From: Parcubacteria group bacterium LiPW_30
Lineage (GTDB): Bacteria; Patescibacteriota; Minisyncoccia; Phycocordibacterales; VMEP01
Direction of reading: 5' to 3'
DNA: 64,000 nucleotides
NCBI GenBank assembly: GCA_007375595.1
Contig: VMEP01000001.1
Span: forward strand, 557,089 to 621,088
The position numbers and the translations under genes are program-made. Of this stretch, positions 45,343-54,602 are shown piece after piece; the stretch's first letter is position 1, and each line of letters opens with the position of its first letter. The notes below the pieces were generated by a model that searched no databases, had not been told where the DNA came from, and worked only from the letters and a program-made list of their open reading frames with translations.

Positions 45343-46074
45343 CTAGGACCACTCCCCAGCCATTGTTCTCTTAATTGAATATGCCAAAGCCGGTATTCCT
45401 AGTTTTTCTCCCAAATCATTGGCAAATTGCCTGACATAAAAACCGGACGATACTTGTAATTCCACCTCAAATAAGTCAAATTCAATATTTTTGTTTTTTA
45501 ACAATAACTCCCATTTATTCCTGATTTCCTCTTGTCTAAAATCACCAGAGACCAAATCAATTGAAAATAACGCGTTTTGAAGAACATCTTCCGCTGTAAT
45601 TTTTCTCTGAGAAATTACAGTCATTTTATTCAAAGAAACTTCGTGTTCTGGAATATCTACAACCTTCCCGTTTCTACTTAGTTCGTGAAGTTGCACCCCT
45701 CCAACTGTTTTTGAAGAAAACGCTGGATATTTTTGAGAAAACTTTCCGATAAAAGTACTAGCCGCCTCGTTGAATTTTTTCTCATCAACCAACACTTCTT
45801 TAATTTCATTTACCAACCCAAGCAGATCGTGTGTATCAGTCGAAACACCAAATAATATTTCTGCAACATACGTTTTGTCCAATCCCAAATATTTTTCTCT
45901 CTCCTTATTCGCATCTCCAATAAGCACTAGCATTAATCCTTCCGCAAGCGGATCAAGTCGCCCAGCATAAGACAATATTTCTTTTTCTAATTCTGGCTTT
46001 TCTTTTCTTAAACGAGAAAGCACCTGAAGAGGTGTCTCCCCTTTCTTCTTATAGATAGTTAAAACTGAACCCAT
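45343..46074 (-). CDS. truB: tRNA pseudouridine55 synthase
   Basis: YAGRLDPLAEGLM (catalytic Asp motif). 243 aa. Confidence 0.85.
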   Translation of the reverse strand: MGSVLTIYKKKGETPLQVLSRLRKEKPELEKEILSYAGRLDPLAEGLMLVLIGDANKEREKYLGLDKTYVAEILFGVSTDTHDLLGLVNEIKEVLVDEKKFNEAASTFIGKFSQKYPAFSSKTVGGVQLHELSRNGKVVDIPEHEVSLNKMTVISQRKITAEDVLQNALFSIDLVSGDFRQEEIRNKWELLLKNKNIEFDLFEVELQVSSGFYVRQFANDLGEKLGIPALAYSIKRTMAGEWS

Positions 46075-46076
46075 TT

Positions 46077-46487
46077 TTATTTATGACACTTTATACACCT
46101 GCAACCGTGTTTTTTTATGTAAGCATCAAAGTACTCTTTATCGTAATCATAGTTTAATTCTTCCCCTGCTTTAATATTTTTCTTAGCCATAATAAATACA
46201 CGAGCTTTCCATATTTCAGCCTCACAATTTGGCAAACAAGAATGATTTATATATCTAGCTTTATTGGTTTTTGCACTACCATCAATCGTTTTCTTAGAAT
46301 TTATTTCAAACAAATATTTTCCTCTACTGCTAATTTGTTCTTCTTTAGAAATCTCCCGACCAACATATTCAATAATACAAGCCCCTTTCTTTATAGGATT
46401 AAGGGTAAAGAGACCAAGCCCTGTTTTCGAGCGCTTAACCACTAAATCATATTCACCTGGTTCAAATTTTCTTTTTCTCACAAGCAC
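46077..46487 (-). CDS. SET-domain protein (putative protein-lysine methyltransferase)
   Basis: 136 aa. NHSCLPN and ELNYDY motifs plus a post-SET Cys cluster (CRCIKCHK). Confidence 0.75.
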   Translation of the reverse strand: MLVRKRKFEPGEYDLVVKRSKTGLGLFTLNPIKKGACIIEYVGREISKEEQISSRGKYLFEINSKKTIDGSAKTNKARYINHSCLPNCEAEIWKARVFIMAKKNIKAGEELNYDYDKEYFDAYIKKHGCRCIKCHK

Positions 46488-46571
46488 ATATATTACACGT
46501 AGATTTAAAATTTCAAAGTTTATAACCTTAAATTATTACCTTATCAGCCGTGATAGAGTATTATTACTTTC

Positions 46572-47483
46572 ATGAAGGAATTTTTTGAACGCCAAATATC
46601 GTTTAGTTTGTTTAAAATTGTTCTCACAATAGCTATCACCATCGCCGTGTTTTCATACGGGGTTATTAAATACTATTCACTTAACAAAAACCTAACTCAC
46701 ACAAAAGAGCAATTCGAAACAACTTCTCAAAACCTACAAAGCGACATTAAAAAACTAGAAACACATCTCGCTAGCACGACGACTGAAAATATCTTCCTTA
46801 ATGATTTCTTAACGGTACTTAAAACAAGAAATACTGATTACAAAAATGAAATAGAAGACATAAATTTAACTGTATCAAAACTTAAAAAACTTACCTCTAC
46901 CGACCCAGAACTTTTACAAAAATATTCTAAAATATATTTTCTAAATGAAAACTACATACCAGAAGAACTATCACTTATAGATACCTCTTTTTTGTTTCGC
47001 AAAGAAAAACCAGAACAAATTCATAGTAAAGTTAAACCATTCCTCGAAATGCTGATGCTCGCCGCCCGCGCTGATGGAATTGATATCAGTGTTGTTTCGG
47101 GATACAGATCGTTTGGCACACAATCAACATTAAAGTCACAATACTCTGTCCTTTATGGAACAAATGGGGCAAACCGCTTTTCAGCAGACCAAGGATACTC
47201 AGAACACCAACTTGGCACAACTGTAGATTTCACAACAAAAAAGAATGGGGTGATGTTTGTTGGTTTTGATAAATCGCCAGCCTACTCGTGGCTCAATGAA
47301 AACGCGCACCGTTTTGGATTTACCCTCTCCTACCCCGCAAGTAATAAGTATTATATTTTTGAACCCTGGCACTGGCGATTTGTTGGGGTGGAATTCGCAA
47401 CCAAACTACACGATGAAAATAAACACTTTAACGAACAAGCGGAACGAGATATCAACGCCTACTTAATAAAATTATTTGATTAA
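46572..47483 (+). CDS. Peptidase M15B/VanY-family D-Ala-D-Ala carboxypeptidase with an N-terminal TM helix and a coiled coil
   Basis: SGYRSFGTQ, SEHQLGTTVD, EPWHWR motifs. Confidence 0.75.
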   Translation: MKEFFERQISFSLFKIVLTIAITIAVFSYGVIKYYSLNKNLTHTKEQFETTSQNLQSDIKKLETHLASTTTENIFLNDFLTVLKTRNTDYKNEIEDINLTVSKLKKLTSTDPELLQKYSKIYFLNENYIPEELSLIDTSFLFRKEKPEQIHSKVKPFLEMLMLAARADGIDISVVSGYRSFGTQSTLKSQYSVLYGTNGANRFSADQGYSEHQLGTTVDFTTKKNGVMFVGFDKSPAYSWLNENAHRFGFTLSYPASNKYYIFEPWHWRFVGVEFATKLHDENKHFNEQAERDINAYLIKLFD

Positions 47484-47516
47484 ACAAGGCGTGATATAAT
47501 TTACGAGACAAGTATT

Positions 47517-47882
47517 ATGAATAAAAAATTTATAAAAAGTTTTACCTTTGCGCTAAAAGGGTTAAAGCTCGCATGGAAAGAGGAGTTTAATTTTAAGATT
47601 GAAATTTTTCTCGGACTTATCGCAATCCTCCTTGCATTAACATTCCAAGTTAACACTATCCAATTTGCCATAATCTTTCTTACCATCGTTATTGTTTTGG
47701 CGGTAGAAATGTTAAATACAGCACTTGAAGAACTCTGTGATAAGCTCCGCCCAGAAAACGACCCTTATGTGGCAAAAATTAAAGACCTCGCCGCCTCCGC
47801 CGTTCTTATCTCATCAATAGGCGCGATAACTGTTGGAATTTTTATCTTCGGGCCATATTTATTAGAGATTTTCTTAAAATAA
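47517..47882 (+). CDS. dgkA: Diacylglycerol kinase family protein (DgkA / undecaprenol kinase)
   Basis: 121 aa with 3 TM helices and the EMLNTALE motif. Confidence 0.8.
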   Translation: MNKKFIKSFTFALKGLKLAWKEEFNFKIEIFLGLIAILLALTFQVNTIQFAIIFLTIVIVLAVEMLNTALEELCDKLRPENDPYVAKIKDLAASAVLISSIGAITVGIFIFGPYLLEIFLK

Positions 47883-47963
47883 AAACCTTCAATTGATTTT
47901 ACCTTACACATAACGCGCCGGTGGTTAAAACCTTAGTGTTGTGATAGAAATACTTAAATAAAC

Positions 47964-48704
47964 ATGATTACTAAAAAACCACGAAAAAAGGTATTTAAAA
48001 AACAACTTCCAAACAAAGCCGAAAGGGCTGGGCTTGTTCGTCTTAATAAATACCTACGAGATAAAGGCTATGCTTCCCGCAAAGAAGCCGACGTGCTTAT
48101 AGAAAAAGGTTTTATTTTGGTTAATGGTAAGCGCGCAGAAGTTGGAATGCTTATTGGGGAAAAAGATGTCGTCACGCTCAAAGAAAATAAAACGAAGAAA
48201 AAGACATGTCTTGTCTACAACAAACCACGAGGTCTTGCTACTCAGGCTCCCGACAGCACCCCTTCTGTTATCAGTGAGTGGCAGAAAAAAGGATTGTTTC
48301 CTGTTGGTAGACTCGACAAAGAATCTGAAGGGTTACTTCTTTTAACAGACGACGGAAGAATCACCACGGCAATCCTTGGGGCAGATTCAAAATTAGAAAA
48401 AGAATATACGGTCAAAGTTCGTGAAAAATTACGCCCTGGAATAATTGCTATTTTTGCAAAAGGAATGGACACGGAAACTTTTGGAAAACTAATGCCGGCA
48501 AAAGCTAAAATCTTAAGTGACCATACAATTTCTATTTCAATAAAAGAAGGCAAAAGACATCAAATTAGAATTATGTTAAGTGAATTAAATTACACAGTTA
48601 CTTCCTTAAAAAGAGTTCGTATTGGAAAAATTTCTCTTGGCTCTTTGAAGCCTGGCGCCACGCGCCCACTAAATGATAACGAAATTGCTAGTTTGTTCGG
48701 CTAA
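47964..48704 (+). CDS. Pseudouridine synthase (RsuA/RluB family) with an S4 domain
   Basis: S4 segment (LNKYLRDKGYASRKEADVLIEKGFILVNG) and the catalytic GRLDKESEGLLLLTDDG. Confidence 0.8.
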   Translation: MITKKPRKKVFKKQLPNKAERAGLVRLNKYLRDKGYASRKEADVLIEKGFILVNGKRAEVGMLIGEKDVVTLKENKTKKKTCLVYNKPRGLATQAPDSTPSVISEWQKKGLFPVGRLDKESEGLLLLTDDGRITTAILGADSKLEKEYTVKVREKLRPGIIAIFAKGMDTETFGKLMPAKAKILSDHTISISIKEGKRHQIRIMLSELNYTVTSLKRVRIGKISLGSLKPGATRPLNDNEIASLFG

Positions 48705-48777
48705 GATATTTATCTATATAATAAAAACAAAAACATCCGCGTGGGCGGATGTTTTTGTAACACGGATGGTATTTATT

Positions 48778-48987
48778 TTATGCACCCATACCATCTGAAC
48801 CGCACTCCCTGCAATTACTTTTGTGGGTTACCACTTCATACACAGCTGCCAACCCAACTAAAATATAAACTATCTGCTCAACTGAACTGCCGAGCAAAGC
48901 AACAACGTTATAGCCGAAAGCCACAAGCAACCAATTCAAACCTCCCACAACGAGAAGAATGAAGGAAACTAAGTGAAGCCATTTCAT
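48778..48987 (-). CDS. DUF378 family membrane protein
   Basis: MKWLHLVSFILLVVGGLNWLLVAFG… is characteristic of DUF378. 69 aa. Confidence 0.55.
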   Translation of the reverse strand: MKWLHLVSFILLVVGGLNWLLVAFGYNVVALLGSSVEQIVYILVGLAAVYEVVTHKSNCRECGSDGMGA

Positions 48988-49094
48988 ATGTTTTTTAGTT
49001 AATTACTTAAAATTTGTAATATCGACTCTTGTTAACATTGTAGTACTTACAAGAAAGCACGCCAGCGAGTAATGCACAGGTGGTAAAAGTAGGC

Positions 49095-49128
49095 AAAAAA
49101 CAAGCCCCCACCAGTTTCCTGGCAGGGG
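49095..49128 (-). terminator. Rho-independent terminator on the minus strand (CCCCTGCCAGG-AAA-CTGGTGGGGG + T-run)
   Basis: Seen in the sequence, downstream of the small-ORF pair. Confidence 0.55.
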
Positions 49129-49179
49129 TTTCCTGTAAACAACTTGGTCTGTCTACTAATGTTCTAATGGAAGTTAGCG

Positions 49180-49326
49180 CTAAACCATTGACTCCACCAT
49201 CTTGGCTAGCACGACCGCAACGGGCCTGCTGGCAATCAGAACGAAGTGCTCTGACGGAGTTTCGCCTTTCTTCGCGCGAATTGCGTAAAGCTTAAACGTT
49301 GCAAATCCGACAGCACATAACTTCAT
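49180..49326 (-). CDS. Small GC-rich ORF (48 aa, MKLCAVGFATFKLYAIRAKKGETPSEHFVLIASRPVAVVLAKMVESMV), translationally coupled to the upstream gene
   Basis: Its ATG overlaps the TGA of the upstream gene (ATGA). GC about 52%. Followed by a terminator. Confidence 0.35.
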   Translation of the reverse strand: MKLCAVGFATFKLYAIRAKKGETPSEHFVLIASRPVAVVLAKMVESMV

Positions 49327-49598
49327 GAAAAAAGTTTTGACATTTTCTTTTTTTTATTTAGCTGAAGGTTTGGTATTGCCCGCTGATCTCGAGTTACTTC
49401 ACAAGGGGCTCCGTATTTTCGATAATATTGCCCGCAGCCAAAATCATTTATAGCCTGGCAAACCGTCAGAAAGCCGAAAAAAACCGAAACGGCAAACCAA
49501 ACAAAGGTCAAAAACCTTACCCTCGACCAAGCCACTACAATCGCAACCGCAAACAAAACAACAGTTATCGAACCCAAAAGACCTGTAGTGAAATACAT
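49323..49598 (-). CDS. Small two-TM membrane protein
   Basis: 91 aa from MYFTTGLLGSITVVLFAV… with SD GGGAGGAG. The longer ORF-track N-terminal extension has no RBS. Confidence 0.5.
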   Translation of the reverse strand: MYFTTGLLGSITVVLFAVAIVVAWSRVRFLTFVWFAVSVFFGFLTVCQAINDFGCGQYYRKYGAPCEVTRDQRAIPNLQLNKKKKMSKLFS

Positions 49599-49726
49599 AA
49601 TCTTCTCCTCCCTTTTTCTCAAAGACGACATTAACATTAATGTTGTCGAAAACTTATTGCTATCGCCAAAAATAACATATTTTGATGTTTTGTCAATTTT
49701 GTATCTGTCTCTAATTTCCACTGGGG

Positions 49727-49871
49727 TTGACTTTTAGCCCGCATCCTGCTAGTATATTTTCATTGTAGGTTTTCTCGTGCTGTCTCTCGCAAAAGAACGT
49801 TAGTTCGGAACCGAAGCGACTCGAGATCCAGTCGCCTCACAATTGTTATTAATTAGAGACTGGATAGTTTT
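49727..49871 (+). promoter_or_regulatory. Sigma70 promoter (TTGACT-17 nt-TAGTAT) plus a ~110-nt structured 5' UTR of the RRM-protein gene
   Basis: Near-consensus hexamers. The UTR contains the hairpin GCGACT-CGAGATCC-AGTCGC among others. Confidence 0.5.
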
Positions 49872-50150
49872 ATGGCAAAGAAATTGTATGTCGGAGGTAT
49901 ACCTTATACTTCTACAGCCGATGCTTTGAAGAACTTCTTTCAAGCTGTTGGCCCGGTTGCATCGTCAACCATTATTACTGATAAGATGACCGGCCGCTCA
50001 CGCGGATTCGGATTCGTCGAAATGGAGAACGACGCTGACGCAGATCGCGCAGTCGAACAGTTCCATGGAAAAGAATTCGAAGGACGAACTCTTACAGTTA
50101 ACGAGGCTAAGCCACGTGAGGAAGGAGCCAATCGAGAGCGACGCTTCTAA
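49872..50150 (+). CDS. rbp: RRM-type RNA-binding protein
   Basis: RNP2 LYVGGI, RNP1 RGFGFVEM. 92 aa. Terminator at 50166-50196. Confidence 0.85.
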   Translation: MAKKLYVGGIPYTSTADALKNFFQAVGPVASSTIITDKMTGRSRGFGFVEMENDADADRAVEQFHGKEFEGRTLTVNEAKPREEGANRERRF

Positions 50151-50269
50151 TACTTAAATGTATACAAAAAACTCCGCATAATAGCGGAGTTTTTTGTTGC
50201 CCAAATATCATAAAATGTCTCACTCTAAACTTAAGTGTTTAATTAAAATATTCGTGTTTATTTTTTTGC

Positions 50270-50354
50270 TTTTGCTGATAAAAAACACGATAAAATTCTG
50301 CTGAATTTTTCTATACTCGCGCCAAGCGCTCCGTAATGTTTTTTATCAGCAAAA
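50270..50354. repeat. Copy of the MITE-like repeat family with a perfect 18-bp TIR (TTTTGCTGATAAAAAACA…TGTTTTTTATCAGCAAAA)
   Basis: Core CACGATAAAATTCTGCTGAATTTTTCTATACTCGCGCC. Confidence 0.65.
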
Positions 50355-50426
50355 GCCTAGTAGTTTTAAGAAAACTAAAAAAAATTTATATACCAAAAAT
50401 AAAAGAATATTTGATATAATTCATCA

Positions 50427-51047
50427 ATGGACAAGAAAATACTTACTGGAGCGGAAAAGAAAATTTTTCAAAAACTAAACACTCCTCAAAAAATACAGGA
50501 CTTCATTAATAAAATTCCAAATAATTTTGAAGCCGGTGGCGAGACCTGCCAATCCCCTCGCCGTGTATTAAAGAATAAACGAGCCCACTGTATTGAAGGG
50601 GCATTGCTCGCAGGAGCGATACTTAATTTCCACAAACGCCCTGCGCTTTTAGTTCACCTACACACCACAAAAGAAGATGAGGACCATGTTATCGCCATCT
50701 TTAAAGAAAGCGGTCGCTTTGGCGCCATAAGTAAGTCAAATCACCTTGTTTTACGTTATCGAGACCCTGTTTATTTAAATATAAGGGAGCTTGTAATGTC
50801 TTATTTTCATGAGTATTGGGGCTTAAAAACAAGGAGGAAAAACCTTCGCGCATACACCGAGCCAATTGATATTATAAAAAAATTTGGTGATTCTTGGATA
50901 ACAGAAGAAAAAGACCTCTGGGATATAAACGATTTTATTTTTCATGCCCCACACAAACAAATTGCCCCAAAAAACATCTTAAAGAAACTACGAGATGCCG
51001 ATGAATTTGAGCTTCATGTTAGTAAAATAATAGAGTGGAAAAAATGA
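50427..51047 (+). CDS. Hypothetical protein (possible Cys-His papain/transglutaminase-like fold)
   Basis: 206 aa. Conserved-looking RAHCIEGA and DEDHVIAIF segments. No firm family assignment. Confidence 0.45.
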   Translation: MDKKILTGAEKKIFQKLNTPQKIQDFINKIPNNFEAGGETCQSPRRVLKNKRAHCIEGALLAGAILNFHKRPALLVHLHTTKEDEDHVIAIFKESGRFGAISKSNHLVLRYRDPVYLNIRELVMSYFHEYWGLKTRRKNLRAYTEPIDIIKKFGDSWITEEKDLWDINDFIFHAPHKQIAPKNILKKLRDADEFELHVSKIIEWKK

Positions 51048-51086
51048 TTGTGCTACAATACCCCTTAATAAATTAATTACAAAAAA

Positions 51087-51800
51087 ATGGAACATAAAAA
51101 AGAAAATTTTGAATTATCAACACCAAACGCAATTATTCTAGCCGGAATAATAATCGCGGGAGCAATAATATTTACCAATTCTTTTAAGTCTTCAGGAAAT
51201 AGTGGTGTTCCAGATTTAGCACAAAATCCTAATGCTCAAATAGCCGCAAAGGTAAACCCACCACAACAAGGCGACCATATTAAAGGAGATATTTCAAAAG
51301 CAAAAGTTGTTTTAATTGAATACTCTGATCTTGAATGTCCTTTCTGTAAGCGCTTCCAACCAACAGCAACACAAATAATTTCAGAATACGGGGATAAGGT
51401 TGCGTTAATTTATCGACATTTCCCATTGGATGCCCTACACAAAAAAGCTCGTAAAGAGGCCGAGGCTTCTGAGTGTGCCGGGGAACAAGGTGGCGACGTG
51501 GCATTCTTTAAATATATTGAACGTATATATGAAATAACCCCAGCCAATGACGGCCTCGGGGAAGCAGAGCTTCCAAAGATTGCTGGGGAAATTGGACTTG
51601 ATGTGGCAAAGTTTAACGCATGTTTATCTAGCGGTAAGTTTGCGACAAGAATTGAAGAACAAGTACAGAGCGGTATAAAAGCTGGTGTTACTGGCACTCC
51701 AACAACATTCGTTTTAAATCAAAAAGGGACCCAAGAATCTATCGTTGGCGCTCAACCAATTGAAACTGTTAAACAAGTTATCGACAAGTTGCTTAAATAA
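51087..51800 (+). CDS. dsbA: DsbA-family thiol:disulfide oxidoreductase with an N-terminal TM anchor
   Basis: Thioredoxin-fold CPFC active site. Bidirectional terminator at 51821-51848. Confidence 0.75.
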   Translation: MEHKKENFELSTPNAIILAGIIIAGAIIFTNSFKSSGNSGVPDLAQNPNAQIAAKVNPPQQGDHIKGDISKAKVVLIEYSDLECPFCKRFQPTATQIISEYGDKVALIYRHFPLDALHKKARKEAEASECAGEQGGDVAFFKYIERIYEITPANDGLGEAELPKIAGEIGLDVAKFNACLSSGKFATRIEEQVQSGIKAGVTGTPTTFVLNQKGTQESIVGAQPIETVKQVIDKLLK

Positions 51801-51858
51801 CAGAAATCATATTATTAAAAAACCCAGGGAATATCCCTGGGTTTTTTAATTTTCAAAT

Positions 51859-52155
51859 TTAACTACTTAAACCTAACATTGCTTTTAATTCATCGCTAGG
51901 TTGCCACGCTGGCTCAAAGGTAATCTCCACCCGAGCTTCTCCTTTATTTAAAGAGTTCACCGCTTTCTCAACGGATTCAATAAGTTCGTTAGCAAACGGA
52001 CACAACGGAGATGTTAATGTCATTAAAACTTCAATCCCCTCCTCGTCAATCTTTATTTTATAAATAAGCCCAAGCGTCCAAACATCAATACCAAGCTCTG
52101 GATCTTTAACTGTCTTTAATTTATCTATAACTTCTTTTTCGGTAATTTTTTCCAT
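51859..52155 (-). CDS. sufT: SufT/DUF59 Fe-S assembly protein
   Basis: DPELGIDVWTLGLIY…LTSPLCP motif. Start taken at MEKITEKE. Confidence 0.7.
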   Translation of the reverse strand: MEKITEKEVIDKLKTVKDPELGIDVWTLGLIYKIKIDEEGIEVLMTLTSPLCPFANELIESVEKAVNSLNKGEARVEITFEPAWQPSDELKAMLGLSS

Positions 52156-52156
52156 A

Positions 52157-52885
52157 TTACTCAAATCCTTTCTCTTTAAGGTTTTCGATAATCTCGGCCC
52201 CACCTACTCGTTCAACTTTCCCGTCTTTCATCACATAAACCATATTAGGTTTTATGTATTCCAAAACATTTGGATGGTGTGTCACCAAAATAAAACCTAC
52301 TCCTTCTTCCGCCAATATTTTTATCGCCCCAAAAACTTTTTTCAACGCATCAATATCAACACCAGAATCAATCTCATCAAGTAAAGCAAACTTTGGCTTA
52401 AGAATACTAAGTTGAAGAATTTCGCTTAACTTCTTCTCGCCACCAGAAAGACCTTTATTTACAGAGCGCTTAAGAAATTCTTCAGGAACACCAATTTTTT
52501 GCGCCATATTAGATGCTTCTTTATAGAAATCCATCATGCTTTGATTTTCCCCTGTTAAATCTTTTTTAGCTTGATAAAGGAAACTTGCAAGTGGTACGCC
52601 GGAAATTTCTGGTAAATGTTGCATGGAAAGAAACAAGCCTTCTTTTGCCTTTTTTTCTGGGGTTAAATGCGTAATCTCAGTATCGCCAAGTTTTATACTT
52701 CCACTCGTTACTTCGTATTTAGGATGACCCATAATGGCGTTTAAGAAACTAGACTTACCAGAACCGTTTGGCCCCATGAGAATAACAATCTCGCCCTGTT
52801 TAACAGAGATTGAAACATCTGTTGCGACAACCTTACCCTCTTTTGTCGTAACACTTAAATTATTGATTTCTAGTCTATTTTCCAT
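52157..52885 (-). CDS. sufC: Fe-S cluster assembly ATPase SufC
   Basis: GPNGSGKSS, LSGGEKK motifs. Start taken at MENRLEINNL. Confidence 0.9.
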   Translation of the reverse strand: MENRLEINNLSVTTKEGKVVATDVSISVKQGEIVILMGPNGSGKSSFLNAIMGHPKYEVTSGSIKLGDTEITHLTPEKKAKEGLFLSMQHLPEISGVPLASFLYQAKKDLTGENQSMMDFYKEASNMAQKIGVPEEFLKRSVNKGLSGGEKKLSEILQLSILKPKFALLDEIDSGVDIDALKKVFGAIKILAEEGVGFILVTHHPNVLEYIKPNMVYVMKDGKVERVGGAEIIENLKEKGFE

Positions 52886-53261
52886 ATTTTGTAATACCAT
52901 CTGATAATGCCTCATATGGTAAAAGCGCACAACGGGTGCGAGTGTGGCTTATTGGCACACCTAAAAGAGAATACATAATCCCAGGAGCCATTAACTTCAC
53001 CTCTGATAATTTCATTCCTTTTAATTTATCTGTAAAAAGAGATGCCCCCGCCAAACTTATCGCACAACCATCGCCCTGAAAAGTCACCTCCTCGACAATC
53101 TCTCCGGTCTTGTCTAATCGAACTGAGAAGATAAGGTTATCGCCACAGTTGGCGTTCTTTCCAACACCCTTAAATGTTGCATCAGAAAGAGCACCGCGGT
53201 TATGTGGATGACGATAGTGTTCCATTATGTTTTCTCGATAAAGTTCTTCTTCGAAGCTCAT
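52875..53261 (-). CDS. sufU: SufU/IscU-like Fe-S scaffold
   Basis: NANCGD, GDGCAIS motifs. Confidence 0.85.
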   Translation of the reverse strand: MSFEEELYRENIMEHYRHPHNRGALSDATFKGVGKNANCGDNLIFSVRLDKTGEIVEEVTFQGDGCAISLAGASLFTDKLKGMKLSEVKLMAPGIMYSLLGVPISHTRTRCALLPYEALSDGITKYGK

Positions 53262-53272
53262 GTTGATTTTTA

Positions 53273-54496
53273 TTATTTTTTAAAAAACTCTTGCGCTTTT
53301 TTAACACTTGATACTAAAGCATCAATATCTTCCTTTGTATTATAAAGGTAAATACTTGCTCGCACAGTTGCTGGAACCCCAAGTGTTTTTACGAATGGTA
53401 GCGCACAGTGATGCCCACCACGCACAGCAACATTATCACGTCCCAAAAACTCAATCACATCATGAGGATGTGCTCCTTCAACTGTAAAAGAAACAATTCC
53501 AACATTTTTTTCAACGTCTTGTTCTGCAAAAATCTTAACTCCATCAATTTCCTTAAGTTTCTCTATTGTATAAGAAGTTAATTCTTCGGTATGTTTTTTT
53601 ATATTTTCAAGACCAACTTCAGTTAGGTATTTCACCGCTTCAGCTATCCCAATAGCTCCAGAAATATTCGGCGTTCCTGCTTCAAACTTTTCTGGAGCGG
53701 AAACAAACTCTGCTTTTTCTAAGTCTACGTCAGTGACAATTCCACCACCAAAAAACGACGGATTTAGTTTTTCGCCAAGTTCACCATTTATATAAAGCGC
53801 GCCAATTCCTGTTGGTCCACACATTTTGTGTCCAGAGAAAAACATCGCGTCACAATCTAGCTCTTTTACAGAAACCGGAATATGCCCCATGGCTGCCGTA
53901 GCATCAACAACAACCAATGCCCCCATCTTACGTACAATTTGAGATATGTATGAGACGTCGTTAATCGCTCCTGTTACATTGCTCGCAAGCGTAATCCCAA
54001 CAATCTTCGTTCTCTCGGTTATAAGCGATTCCACAGATTTATAGTCAAGTCTGTAATTTTCGTCCACATTTATATATTTTAAATTAAGTTTTTTTCGTCT
54101 TGCGAGTTCTTGTAATGGCAGAAGCATTGCGTGATGTTCCATTATCGAAACAACGATTTCATCTCCTTCTTTTAAATCTAGTGATTGTTCAAAAGAATAC
54201 GCGAGCATATTGACTGATGCTGTTGCGCCGGCAGTGAAAACAATTTCATTTTGATTAGCACCAACAAACCCAGCAACAGTCGCCCTTGCGCCTTCATATG
54301 ATTCGCTCGCTTTTTCGCTCAAGGCATATGCGCCACGATGAACATTGCTTCTAAAGTTTCTATAATATTCGTCCATTGCAGAAATTACACATTCTGGAGT
54401 TTGAGAAGAAGCCGCCGAATCTAGGTAGTGCAAAGTAGCCTCTTTTGAGGCTTTAAAAATTGGAAAATCTGCCTTTATTTTCTTTATATCAAACAT
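53273..54496 (-). CDS. sufS: Cysteine desulfurase (SufS family)
   Basis: Class V aminotransferase. PLP-lysine region FFSGHKMCGPTGIGALY. 407 aa. Confidence 0.9.
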   Translation of the reverse strand: MFDIKKIKADFPIFKASKEATLHYLDSAASSQTPECVISAMDEYYRNFRSNVHRGAYALSEKASESYEGARATVAGFVGANQNEIVFTAGATASVNMLAYSFEQSLDLKEGDEIVVSIMEHHAMLLPLQELARRKKLNLKYINVDENYRLDYKSVESLITERTKIVGITLASNVTGAINDVSYISQIVRKMGALVVVDATAAMGHIPVSVKELDCDAMFFSGHKMCGPTGIGALYINGELGEKLNPSFFGGGIVTDVDLEKAEFVSAPEKFEAGTPNISGAIGIAEAVKYLTEVGLENIKKHTEELTSYTIEKLKEIDGVKIFAEQDVEKNVGIVSFTVEGAHPHDVIEFLGRDNVAVRGGHHCALPFVKTLGVPATVRASIYLYNTKEDIDALVSSVKKAQEFFKK

Positions 54497-54602
54497 AAAT
54501 ATCGCGCAATTATGACATATTTTAATGTTATTGACAACTTACCTGTATTGCTGTTAAATCAAGGAAGTTACTTAGTCCCGTCAACCAAACAAAGGAATTC
54601 TC

